A stretch of 64,000 nucleotides of DNA, taken from contig CAWGPQ010000006.1 in NCBI GenBank assembly GCA_963824495.1, positions 32,001-96,000 on the forward strand. Reading direction: 5' to 3'. Positions 40,687 through 49,921 of this stretch are shown here, one piece after another. The stretch is from an uncultured bacterium (GTDB lineage: Bacteria; Babelota; Babeliae; Babelales; Babelaceae). The translations under genes were made by a program, and so were the position numbers. Under the pieces are notes generated by a model that had not been told where the DNA came from, did not search any database, and saw only the letters and a program-made list of their open reading frames with translations. How positions within the stretch are numbered: the stretch's first letter is position 1; every line of letters starts with the position of its first letter.

Positions 40687-41415
40687 ATGAATAATTACAA
40701 AATATTAAATAGCCCGATAGTAATAACTGTCTTACTTGTTATAGGGCTCAGCGTTAGAATCAAAGCACCGGATGGTTCATTTTCTGGAATCCCACCGGAG
40801 GTGGCAGTATGGCTTCAATCTGGGTTGACGCCTGAGCAACAAGCGACCCTGTTTGAAGCCGAAAAGAGACGACTTGAGCGGGCTCTGGCTCAAGAGCAGT
40901 TAACGGAAGCTGAGATTAAAGAATTAGAACTCAGTGGAGCATTTCAAGCACGTCCTACTGAGCAAGATATAGCTGAAAAACTGTTTGCCTTTTCTGAGCG
41001 CTTAAACAAGGACATCCATGACTATTATGAAGCTAATCGGATTACTGGTGCTCGACTTGCAGACTTGCTGGATTGGATGGTAAATATGGCCGAAGCAGAA
41101 ATGTATAAAATAACTCCGAAAGCACTTAAGGAATTCAGGGAAAGCTTACGTGCTCAATTGCTGGGAGTCTATGAGGAGGCTGGTGCCGTCGGCAAGGAAC
41201 TTGAAATGGAGCGAAAATGGGTTGAAGACATAATGCTTAATGCTCAAGACTTTCTGCACGCTATTCCTCCTTATCCTGAACTTACTGATATTCGTGGTGA
41301 GGCTCAGGAATTAGTTGATCGAGTGCATAAGCTGTATAAGACGGCGTCTTTTGATGCGAGAGCAAAAAGGATCAAAGGGATACAGGAAGATGTAGCACAA
41401 AGGTTTAGTCCCTGA
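40687..41415 (+). CDS. Tandem secreted paralog P2
   Basis: Same motifs; AAGGAG SD. Confidence 0.85.
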   Translation: MNNYKILNSPIVITVLLVIGLSVRIKAPDGSFSGIPPEVAVWLQSGLTPEQQATLFEAEKRRLERALAQEQLTEAEIKELELSGAFQARPTEQDIAEKLFAFSERLNKDIHDYYEANRITGARLADLLDWMVNMAEAEMYKITPKALKEFRESLRAQLLGVYEEAGAVGKELEMERKWVEDIMLNAQDFLHAIPPYPELTDIRGEAQELVDRVHKLYKTASFDARAKRIKGIQEDVAQRFSP

Positions 41416-41432
41416 GGTAAAGGGTAAAAAAT

Positions 41433-42152
41433 ATGAGAATATATGCCACGTTAAAAAATAGCCTTGCACAAGTAACCATCTTACTTAGTATTCTAACGAA
41501 TTTTAACATTAAAGCACCTGATGGTTTATCTTCTTATACTGTACCACCAGAGATAGCAGTTTGGCTGTCAACTGGCTTGAGCCCCGAGCAGCAGGCAGTT
41601 CTCTTAGAAGCTGAAAAGAGACGATTTGAGCGTGCTCTAGCTCAAGAGCAGCTAACTGAGGCTGAGATCAAAGAATTAGAGAAAAGTGGAGCGTTTCAGG
41701 CACGCCCTACCATTCAAGATCTTACTAACGCTTTAGATATTATTAAAAAGTGGGCTTGGCAGGTTCTGAAGAGTCAGCTGCAACTCCTGAATCTCATGAG
41801 TGCTAGAGGAAAAGAGCTTCTATATTTGCTTCAAAAAATAGCGAAATCTAAAGAACTTGAAGAATCTAAAGCAAATCTACAGCGAGAACTTGAACTTATT
41901 TCTAATGAAGCTACTCAGCACATAAAAAACCTTAGCGAAATGTATGAGGAGCGTAAGGCTCTCGTAGCAGAAGTACAAGATTTTATACGTACTATTCCGC
42001 CTTACCCCGAGCTGGCCCAAGTTCGCGATGAAGCTCGCAACATAGAGGAAAGTCTTGCATTAACAATAGGGTCTAAAAAAATTGCTAGCCTTATGCAGGA
42101 TATGAATCGCATACAACATGAAGCAGACGAATTGAGTAGTATATTATTTTGA
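41433..42152 (+). CDS. Tandem secreted paralog P3
   Basis: Same motifs. Confidence 0.85.
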   Translation: MRIYATLKNSLAQVTILLSILTNFNIKAPDGLSSYTVPPEIAVWLSTGLSPEQQAVLLEAEKRRFERALAQEQLTEAEIKELEKSGAFQARPTIQDLTNALDIIKKWAWQVLKSQLQLLNLMSARGKELLYLLQKIAKSKELEESKANLQRELELISNEATQHIKNLSEMYEERKALVAEVQDFIRTIPPYPELAQVRDEARNIEESLALTIGSKKIASLMQDMNRIQHEADELSSILF

Positions 42153-42176
42153 TTTTTGATTAAGAAAGAAAAAGAC

Positions 42177-42914
42177 ATGAGCAAGCAATTCTTTTTAATA
42201 GCAGCAAAAAGCAATCTAGCACAGGTAATTGTTGTACTTATTGTCCTGATAAATTTTAGCATCAAAGCACCTAACGGGGTACCGCGTTCTGGCATACCAC
42301 CAGAAATAGCAGCATGGCTTGCAACTGGCTTGAGCCCCGAGCAACAGGCAGCTCTGCTTGAAGCCGAAAAGAGGCGGCTTGAGCGGGCTATGGCTCAAGC
42401 GCAGTTAACTAAAGCCGAGATTAAAGAATTAGAGAAAACTGGGGCTTTTACAACGCGCCCTACTGTTCAAGATATCGAGCAAAGATGGGCTAATTTTGTT
42501 GAAGAAATGCAACAGAACGTCAATAACTATAATCAAGCTCATACTGCGACTGTTGATCAACTCAACAACTTGTTGGAGCGCTTGATAAAAATTGACAAAG
42601 CAGAGGCTTCCCAAACTCCAGAACAACTTAAGAAGATGCGTCATGACTTACATGATGAATTTCAGCAACTTGATAACCAGGCTCGTGCGGTAAGAGATGA
42701 GCTTGAAGTACAGCTCAGGCAATTTGAAAACATGATCGTTGCTGCGGAAGACTTTTTGCAGGCCATTCCTCCTTACCCTGACTTAGGTGATACACGTCAG
42801 CGTGCTCGGCAGTTACTTAACCAGTTACATGTATTTTATCGTCCAGATACTTTTAATTCAAGAATGAACGCCATCAAAAATGTGCGAAAAACTTTAGCAC
42901 AAAAGCTTGGCTGA
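42177..42914 (+). CDS. Tandem secreted paralog P4
   Basis: Same motifs; ATG 42177 preferred over TTG 42156. Confidence 0.85.
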   Translation: MSKQFFLIAAKSNLAQVIVVLIVLINFSIKAPNGVPRSGIPPEIAAWLATGLSPEQQAALLEAEKRRLERAMAQAQLTKAEIKELEKTGAFTTRPTVQDIEQRWANFVEEMQQNVNNYNQAHTATVDQLNNLLERLIKIDKAEASQTPEQLKKMRHDLHDEFQQLDNQARAVRDELEVQLRQFENMIVAAEDFLQAIPPYPDLGDTRQRARQLLNQLHVFYRPDTFNSRMNAIKNVRKTLAQKLG

Positions 42915-42928
42915 TAGGGGTAACTCAT

Positions 42929-43614
42929 ATGAAGGTGAAGACATATGCTATATGGGTAGTTATTCTGGGTGTTTGTGCTATAAGCTTCGATAGTAAGTGC
43001 CCTAACGGTTTACCTTCCAGTATATCTCATAGTACGCCGCCAGATATAGCTGCATGGCTTGAAACTGGATTGAGACCTGAGCAAAGGGCAGCTTTACTAG
43101 AAGCTGAAGAAAGAAGGCTTTCGCGGGCTCTATTTGGAGAGATACAATTATCCGACGCAGAGATTGAAGCGTTAGAGAAAAGTGGCGCGCTTCCATCAAC
43201 CATTCAAAGAGGTGGTGAGCTAGACCTAACAAGATATGATATTCTGTTCTGGAACTTAGTGAATAGGGTAGATATTTTTCAACAAACTCTTAAAATCTTA
43301 CAGATCAAGTTGTGCTCTTGCTTAAGCAGGTTAAAGAAATTACGCCTGCAGAGGCTCAAGAATTATTAAGAGATAGTACGCGTCGCGTGACAAGGTTTTC
43401 CAACAGGCTCACTATTATTTTTAGCGAGCGCAAGGCGCTTATTGGAGATCTTGAAGAGCTTATATATGAAATGCCTCCTTATCCAGGCCTTGCTGATAGG
43501 CGAGACCAAGTTAGGCAGTTGCTCGGTACGGTTAATAACAGCTATCAGGTTATTGATGAGCTCAAGCGCGATATTGAAGGAGTCCGTGTATTTGTAAACA
43601 AACAACTTATATAG
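42929..43614 (+). pseudogene. Tandem secreted paralog P5, frameshift at ~43292-43295
   Basis: N-terminal motifs in 42929-43369 and MPPYPGL in 43312-43614; one extra A in the A4 run joins them. Confidence 0.8.
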
Positions 43615-43629
43615 AAATAGAAAGAGGAA

Positions 43630-44361
43630 ATGTCTATGTACGAATTTTTAAAAAATAGACCGGCACTGGTAATTATTTTGCTAAGTGCAGCGATAAGTTT
43701 TACAAGTAAAGCCCCCAATGGCTTAGCCTCTCTGCGGCCACCAGAGATAGCAGCCTGGCTTGCAACTGGCTTGAGCCCCGAGCAACAGGCAGCTTTGCTT
43801 GAAGCCGAAAAAAGACGGCTTGAGCAAGCTCTAGCTCAACAACAGTTAACTAAAGCCGAGATTAAAGCATTAGAGAAAACTGGGGCTTTTGCGACACGCC
43901 CTACTGCTCAAGAATTAGAAGAAAGATTAGACGAATTACGTGCTCTATTAAAAGGAGATCTCGATGATTATGGTCAAGCTCGCGATGTTACTCTTCATCA
44001 GTTTCAAAATTTACTGAATCGAATGACAGAGATTATAAAAGCAGAGACTAATAGAACTCCAGGAGAAGTTCAAAAAATTCGCCAAGCATTAAGACCCGAG
44101 TTACAAACTATATACGATCAGGTTTTAAAAATAAAAGATGATTTTGAAGAACAACAAGACCTGCTTGAAACTATAATTTTAGATGCTGAAGAATTTCTAC
44201 AAACAATCCCGCCCTACCCTGAATTAGGTGATGTGCGTGGACGTGCTCGGGAAACGCTTGATAGCATACGTCAACTTTATAATCCAGGGTTTCTCGAGAA
44301 TAAGTTAAAGCACATAAAAATTATACAGGAAATTATCAATAAGATGCTTGAAAATGCTTGA
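43630..44361 (+). CDS. Tandem secreted paralog P6
   Basis: Same motifs; GAGG SD. Confidence 0.85.
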   Translation: MSMYEFLKNRPALVIILLSAAISFTSKAPNGLASLRPPEIAAWLATGLSPEQQAALLEAEKRRLEQALAQQQLTKAEIKALEKTGAFATRPTAQELEERLDELRALLKGDLDDYGQARDVTLHQFQNLLNRMTEIIKAETNRTPGEVQKIRQALRPELQTIYDQVLKIKDDFEEQQDLLETIILDAEEFLQTIPPYPELGDVRGRARETLDSIRQLYNPGFLENKLKHIKIIQEIINKMLENA

Positions 44362-44428
44362 AAAAAATTATTAGAAGACCTGAAGACGAGGCCTCTCTTC
44401 CGAAAACTTTTATGAATTTATTTTTTTA

Positions 44429-44519
44429 AAATATTGCATATTTGATTTATTTCATGATAACCTGGTAAATAGTAAAGTGTATGTTGTCTTTTGCTGTATG
44501 GCAAACTGTGACTATTCTT
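44429..44519 (+). promoter_or_regulatory. Duplicated promoter/leader segment, copy A (upstream of P7)
   Basis: AAATATTGCATATTTGATTTATTTCATGATAACCTGGTAAATAGT..GCTGTATGGCAAACTGTGACTATTCTT, closely similar to 45327-45421; TTGCAT -35 and TG-GATAAC -10-like. Confidence 0.65.
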
Positions 44520-44543
44520 AAGAAGAATAATGGGGGTATAGCG

Positions 44544-45263
44544 ATGTATAAATTTTTAAAAAATAGCCCAATACTGGTAATTATTTTGATAAGTGCAGCA
44601 ATAAGTTTTACAAGTAAAGCACCCGACGGTTTAGCTTCTCTGCGGCCACCAGAAATGGCAGCTTGGCTTGAATTTGGGCTCAGGCCTGCGCAAACAGAAG
44701 CACTGTTAGAAGCTGAAAAGAAACGGCTTGAGCGAGCTCTAGCTGAACAACAGCAGTTATCTGAGGCTGAAATTAAAGAATTAGAGAAAATGGGGGCCTT
44801 TGCGGCACGCCCGACTCTTCAAGAACTAGAAGAAAGGTCAGAGAAATTAAGCGCTCTATTAAAAGGTGCTCTAGATAATTATGAGCAAGCTCATGATGCT
44901 ACGGTTAATCAGCTCCGAGATTTGGTGAATCGAACGGGAAACATTATCAAGCTAGAGGCTCATCGAAGTCCAGAAGAAGTTCAAAAAATTCGCCAAGCAT
45001 TAAGACCCGAGTTACAAACTCTATATGATCAGGCTTTGAAGATAAAAGATGATCTTGAAAAACAACAAGAGCTACTTAAAACTATACTTGCAGATGCTGA
45101 AGAATTTTTACAGGCAATCCCACCTTACCCTGAATTAGGTGATATTCGTGGTGAAGCTCGAGAAATGCTCGATGGCATGCATAAATTTTATGATCAAGCA
45201 TCTCTCGATAAGGCGAAGTTTATACAAATTATAGAGAAAATTATCAATAAGGTATCGGGCTAA
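44544..45263 (+). CDS. Tandem secreted paralog P7
   Basis: Same motifs; ATG 44544 (MYKFLKN aligns with P6 MYEFLKN). Confidence 0.85.
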   Translation: MYKFLKNSPILVIILISAAISFTSKAPDGLASLRPPEMAAWLEFGLRPAQTEALLEAEKKRLERALAEQQQLSEAEIKELEKMGAFAARPTLQELEERSEKLSALLKGALDNYEQAHDATVNQLRDLVNRTGNIIKLEAHRSPEEVQKIRQALRPELQTLYDQALKIKDDLEKQQELLKTILADAEEFLQAIPPYPELGDIRGEAREMLDGMHKFYDQASLDKAKFIQIIEKIINKVSG

Positions 45264-45326
45264 GATTATTAGAAAATTCAGGTGTAACTCAGCGCAAAGT
45301 TCTATTTTTAAGAAATAAAATTTATA

Positions 45327-45421
45327 AAATATTGCATATTGAATTTATTATATGATAATCTAGTAAGTAGTGGGTGGATAGGTCGCATTTTTCGGCTGTA
45401 TGTCAAAATGTAACTATTCTT
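45327..45421 (+). promoter_or_regulatory. Duplicated promoter/leader segment, copy B (upstream of small peptide ORF)
   Basis: AAATATTGCATATTGAATTTATTATATGATAATCTAGTAAGTAGT..GCTGTATGTCAAAATGTAACTATTCTT. Confidence 0.65.
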
Positions 45422-45453
45422 TTGTTTTAATAAAAAACTAGAGGAGAGTAATC

Positions 45454-45585
45454 ATGATTAAGAAGTTTTTAGCACTTACTTTATTAGCACTATCTATTAC
45501 CACCGGTTTATTTGGCTGGGGTTGTCGCCGATGCTGTAATGGCGGTGATTGGTGGAATGTAAGTGAAATGTCCTCGTCACGTTAA
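45454..45585 (+). CDS. Unannotated 43-aa secreted Cys/Trp-rich peptide
   Basis: GAGGAG SD at 45441; MIKKFLALTLLALSITTGLFGWGCRRCCNGGDWWNVSEMSSSR*. Confidence 0.65.
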   Translation: MIKKFLALTLLALSITTGLFGWGCRRCCNGGDWWNVSEMSSSR

Positions 45586-45632
45586 AATCTTGTACTACAT
45601 ATCTATATACCACATGAAGAGAATAAGTAATG

Positions 45633-45657
45633 AGGAGAGCTTTTAAGCTCTCCTTTC
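45633..45657. terminator. Hairpin between convergent transcription units
   Basis: AGGAGAGC-TTTTAA-GCTCTCCT followed by TT. Confidence 0.6.
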
Positions 45658-45677
45658 GTGTAATTTTATATGCAATG

Positions 45678-48600
45678 TTACCAACCGCCTTCATTGTCGC
45701 TTGCGTTTACTTGGCGTTGGGAAATACTTTGTGCCGGAGGTGGTGGAGGTGGAACATTAATTATAGTTGATGGTGGTGCTTGAGGAGTGCTTATATTTTG
45801 CTCATTTGTCGATATGGGCGGTGGAGCAAGGGGAGCAGAAGGTTTTGTTGCTGCAGGATGTTGGGTGGCTTGCTGTGTTTTTTGATAAGCTGCTTGGGCT
45901 GTTTCAATCGCATCAACTAACTCTTTTCTTAATGGGCCATAGACTTGTTGATACGTACTGAGCTGGTCCGTATAGCCACTTTCGATAGGTTGAGTGCTGG
46001 CTTTGCTGTATAAAAGACCACTTACGAGACTTACCATACCCGTAATAGATGGATTATAAGGCACACCGGTACCGGGAGAGCGTGCTATGGTGTTATCTGG
46101 GTTAAGGGGAGCCATAAGAACATAGTCTTTGGGTACTGCTGATGTGGTTGTTGTATAGATAAAATTGCCCTGTTGTATATCTTCTATACCTGTTGCTGAG
46201 AGGGTAAACGAATCGAATTTATAAGGGCCCAGGAGGGCTTGGGCATGGGTAGTTTGTGCAGTGTTTATTTGATGAATATTAGCAGTACTTATGGTTGGAC
46301 GCGCATTTTTATAGATATTCCATACATTACCGAGATGTAAGGGCAATTGGGTGCCCGATGCATCAAATACATCCCCAGATATAAGGCTTATGAGGCCCGT
46401 TGGTGAGGCTGAGGGACTTGCTCCAAGATCGGTAACGGTAGGTGGGGTAGTTTGATTGACATTACCAAATATAACGTAATCCTGAGGTAATTTGCCAGCC
46501 ATTTGCTGAGCGAGAGGCGTAGCACGGGTTGTATAGATATAGTTTTCTTTAAGAAGTTCATTGGTATCAAGGGCAGTGGGGGAAAATGATCCAAACTCGG
46601 GATGTTGCATCGAGCTAAAGGTTGCCTGTGCTGTTTTTTCACGGTTTACTTCTAATGCTCCTTGATAGGGCGGGTATACGTTATCAATTACCTGATAGGT
46701 TTTTTGGTCATTTGGTGTTAATATCTCGCCTTCAAGTGATGCTCCCGTAAAAATAATGCCCATAGTTTTCTGAGACGTTGGCGTAATTGATAGGGTTACT
46801 GGCGGCGGCAGGGGATCTCCCTCGCGCCATACTTGTACCGTTAGGTTGCGAGCGTTAAGCGTGGCTCGTATGTGATACCAGGTGCCTATATTAAAAGGAG
46901 GTACGGTAAAATTATTAGGTATCCAACCCTGAGTAGCTTGATACGTATCACTTTCATGTTCATATATACCTAATGAGACAGGGAGCGTAGCTGATTCTTT
47001 TTTAAACACAATCATTTTTGCTAAATGCGCACGATCAGGATCTGCTTGTCGTGTTGTCATAAGGGCAGCTTGGTTAAGGGGATTGCCACCAAGATATAAC
47101 CCAGCATAAAAAGACTGTAAAAGATAGATTGGTTTAAATCGCAGTTCAACCGATAGAGGTTGATCGATATTCTGATCGAGATCTTTAGTACTATTTTGAA
47201 GAAACCAGAACCGTGAAGCTTGCCCTCCAGGCACCGTGACACTTGCTGGACTGACAGCAATCTCTTGAGATATCTTTTGACGTGAAGGTGCGTATATGGC
47301 AAATCCTTGCGAAGGGTTAAGGTTAAGCCAGCCGGTACGGTAACCATACAGTGAGCCGATATCCCCCGGTGTCATCGTAACAGGTTGCACAGCACCGACA
47401 GGCTGTTGAGCATAGGGTTGAGGTGTCAAAAGAGCTGCCTGATACGAGCCTAAGAGAGAGCTTTTTTGAGAAAGAAGACCATTGAATGTGCTATTTAAGA
47501 AATTTTCATAAAAGCCGAGCATGCGCTCACGATTGGATAGTTCTGCCTCAAATTTTTTATTAAGCTCAGTACTTATAGCAGTTTGTTGATAGGTTGTTAT
47601 TGCTTCTTTATTCTGAGTCCAAACTCTAAAATTTTGGACATATTCATGTGTTTCTTGTTTAAGCTGCTCTACCTGTATATCTTCTTGAGCACCGCTTGTG
47701 ATCATAAGACTACCAAAACCGAGTGCTAAGACAAGCCCGGGTATAAGTTCTACCCCAGTGCCTCCCGTAGCAACCGTAAGCCCTACAATAAGCCCTGTAG
47801 TGATAACTTGAGCGATAAGGCGGCGGTGAGTCCCTATTTGAGTTTGTGCTTGAGCATAATAGGTAGCAAAGTTTAAACCCGAGCCACCGAGTTTATAAGC
47901 AACATAATCTATTGACGCTTCTACACCGGCACCGATATCGATAACAAGATCGGTAAGTAACTTAATTAAATAGCCACAGGTTTGAATAAGGCTTGTAATA
48001 GCTTCAGCTGCTTTGGCACCAATAAACGTAATTTCTGATAACACCGAGCTTAGAATACTGAGCCCAAGTTGTCGAAAGCCAGGCCCCAATGTTTGGGGAC
48101 CGCTTAATCCTAATACAACGTTACTTATGAGCGATATTGCTTGAATGCTCAGCCTACATTCATTTTGAAAGACTAATCCACCAATCTCAAAAGGGGCAGC
48201 TATAACATCGGCTACCGTGTCAATTAATGAGCTCCACAGCATGTTGACGTCAGTGCTGAGTTTGGGATCATGCAAAATATTCGTGCCAATAGCCTGCATA
48301 ACGAGGTAAAGACCTCCATAGCCATAAGGCGTGAGAATTACTGCGTTCGTAATAATAGTTTTAATAGCAGCTTGAAAGCTTGAAAAATCAGCACGTGCTG
48401 CGTCTTGATATGCTTGAGCTAACTGTTGAGCAGTCTGGGGTGGTAGGCTTTGAATGCGTTGTGCAAGACCAGAAGAGTAATAGAGCGTAAGTGTTTCATC
48501 TTTGGTTATTTCTGCTACATCTTGAGCACTTGCATAGAGAGCTTCCCCTGTTTGCTGGATTTTTCGCCAAACGTCAGACCCTGTTGCTTTTACCCAATTT

Positions 48601-49913
48601 AAAGTAGCTTGTTGTACTACAGCAGTGGCAGGAGCAGTAGTAAGAGCAGTGGACTGTGCTGCTGGTAATACCGTTTGTTGAACCGTTTGTACTTGACCCG
48701 TGCTTGCTTGAGGTAGTTGACGTAGTGTTGTAGCACTATCACGTATATCGAGAAGATAATTGTAATCGTTAGGTGTATAAGGTAAAAAAGAGGGTGATGG
48801 TTGTTGCTTGGCCACACGTAAGATGCGCATGGTGGCATCAAGTGCATTGCCTTGAAAAAGATCAGCCGTGAGCGCTTGAAGCGTAAGGAGCATACTTAAG
48901 CAGGTTACTTGCTCTGCTGTAGGTGATGGTACAGGGATATTTTTAAAAGTTATAGTTTTGTTATCGGCATCAAGCTGAAAGGGGCTTGTGGCACCTCGAG
49001 AGGTGATGTCGCTCAATGTTGCGGCGGTGGTATAAAAAGGGGTAGCAGTAAAAGCAGCAATAGCCTTAAGAAGTTGGTTTGCGTTGCTTATGCCCCGCCA
49101 ATCGGTGCATTGGGCAAGCATACGATTGCGTGTGTGCTCACTTACAATTAACGAAGCTTGAGTAATTTGCGAGGATAATCGTAATTGCGTAAAATCTGGA
49201 TTAAAGTAGGCAACTTCAATAGTGGGCAAATACTTAAAAAGAGAGCGTTCGTTCTCGTAGCGTGCTACTAAGAGTCCTTGATCGAGATCAATAGTTTTTT
49301 TAATAATAAACTTTGCGTAATTCTGCCAAAAAGAAGAATTTACTATATCAGACGTAGTTACCGTAAGAGCTGTCCAAAACGAAGTATCGATAAGAGTGTC
49401 CCAGGATTTGTGTTCTTGAGTGTAGGAAAGTCTTAGTGCGCTATCAAGAAGGTCCCAGCTTGATGCACTTGGAAGAGGGAGTTGAGCCTGAGCTTGTGAT
49501 GCTACAAGTTTGCCCCAGTCATATGTTACTACACCGTTAGTAATCGTGGCGAGTAATGCCGGGAATGCTTTTCCTGACTGTTGAGCAAGCGTGATGAGTT
49601 GTGCTGCGCGCTCACGCTTAACGACATATTCTAAATAAAAATAAAAGTAATTGATATACGTTAGAAGCTGTGGCTGAACGTTAAGTCCCGAGGGGCCAAA
49701 GAGTGACGTTATCGCTTCAGTATGTATGGATGTAATTGATTGTCCTGGTGCTGGAGTTAACAGTTTTTGTGCTACGTGACTGATAGCAGCAGCCTGTTGT
49801 TTGTTTTGTTGCTCAGCAAGAGCAATTTCTGTTGTAAGTTGTTCCTGCGTATATGCATAATCTGCTAGGGCTGCGAGAGTAAAAAGAACTATAATTTTTA
49901 TATATGGTATCAT
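45678..49913 (-). CDS. Large secreted hypothetical protein (1411 aa): central hydrophobic helices, coiled coil, ConA-like beta-sandwich, two C-terminal repeats, Pro-rich tail
   Basis: Signal peptide; IAQVITTGLIVGLTVATGGTG..LVLALGFGSL; FNIGTWYHIRATL..LTVQVW; two YTT..DYV..SL.SG repeats. Confidence 0.8.
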   Translation of the reverse strand: MIPYIKIIVLFTLAALADYAYTQEQLTTEIALAEQQNKQQAAAISHVAQKLLTPAPGQSITSIHTEAITSLFGPSGLNVQPQLLTYINYFYFYLEYVVKRERAAQLITLAQQSGKAFPALLATITNGVVTYDWGKLVASQAQAQLPLPSASSWDLLDSALRLSYTQEHKSWDTLIDTSFWTALTVTTSDIVNSSFWQNYAKFIIKKTIDLDQGLLVARYENERSLFKYLPTIEVAYFNPDFTQLRLSSQITQASLIVSEHTRNRMLAQCTDWRGISNANQLLKAIAAFTATPFYTTAATLSDITSRGATSPFQLDADNKTITFKNIPVPSPTAEQVTCLSMLLTLQALTADLFQGNALDATMRILRVAKQQPSPSFLPYTPNDYNYLLDIRDSATTLRQLPQASTGQVQTVQQTVLPAAQSTALTTAPATAVVQQATLNWVKATGSDVWRKIQQTGEALYASAQDVAEITKDETLTLYYSSGLAQRIQSLPPQTAQQLAQAYQDAARADFSSFQAAIKTIITNAVILTPYGYGGLYLVMQAIGTNILHDPKLSTDVNMLWSSLIDTVADVIAAPFEIGGLVFQNECRLSIQAISLISNVVLGLSGPQTLGPGFRQLGLSILSSVLSEITFIGAKAAEAITSLIQTCGYLIKLLTDLVIDIGAGVEASIDYVAYKLGGSGLNFATYYAQAQTQIGTHRRLIAQVITTGLIVGLTVATGGTGVELIPGLVLALGFGSLMITSGAQEDIQVEQLKQETHEYVQNFRVWTQNKEAITTYQQTAISTELNKKFEAELSNRERMLGFYENFLNSTFNGLLSQKSSLLGSYQAALLTPQPYAQQPVGAVQPVTMTPGDIGSLYGYRTGWLNLNPSQGFAIYAPSRQKISQEIAVSPASVTVPGGQASRFWFLQNSTKDLDQNIDQPLSVELRFKPIYLLQSFYAGLYLGGNPLNQAALMTTRQADPDRAHLAKMIVFKKESATLPVSLGIYEHESDTYQATQGWIPNNFTVPPFNIGTWYHIRATLNARNLTVQVWREGDPLPPPVTLSITPTSQKTMGIIFTGASLEGEILTPNDQKTYQVIDNVYPPYQGALEVNREKTAQATFSSMQHPEFGSFSPTALDTNELLKENYIYTTRATPLAQQMAGKLPQDYVIFGNVNQTTPPTVTDLGASPSASPTGLISLISGDVFDASGTQLPLHLGNVWNIYKNARPTISTANIHQINTAQTTHAQALLGPYKFDSFTLSATGIEDIQQGNFIYTTTTSAVPKDYVLMAPLNPDNTIARSPGTGVPYNPSITGMVSLVSGLLYSKASTQPIESGYTDQLSTYQQVYGPLRKELVDAIETAQAAYQKTQQATQHPAATKPSAPLAPPPISTNEQNISTPQAPPSTIINVPPPPPPAQSISQRQVNASDNEGGW

Positions 49914-49921
49914 GGCTGTGC

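Noticed and set aside
39955..45263. Array as a diversity-generating retroelement or shufflon
   Set aside because: No reverse transcriptase or recombinase nearby, no adenine-specific TR/VR pair, all genes co-oriented
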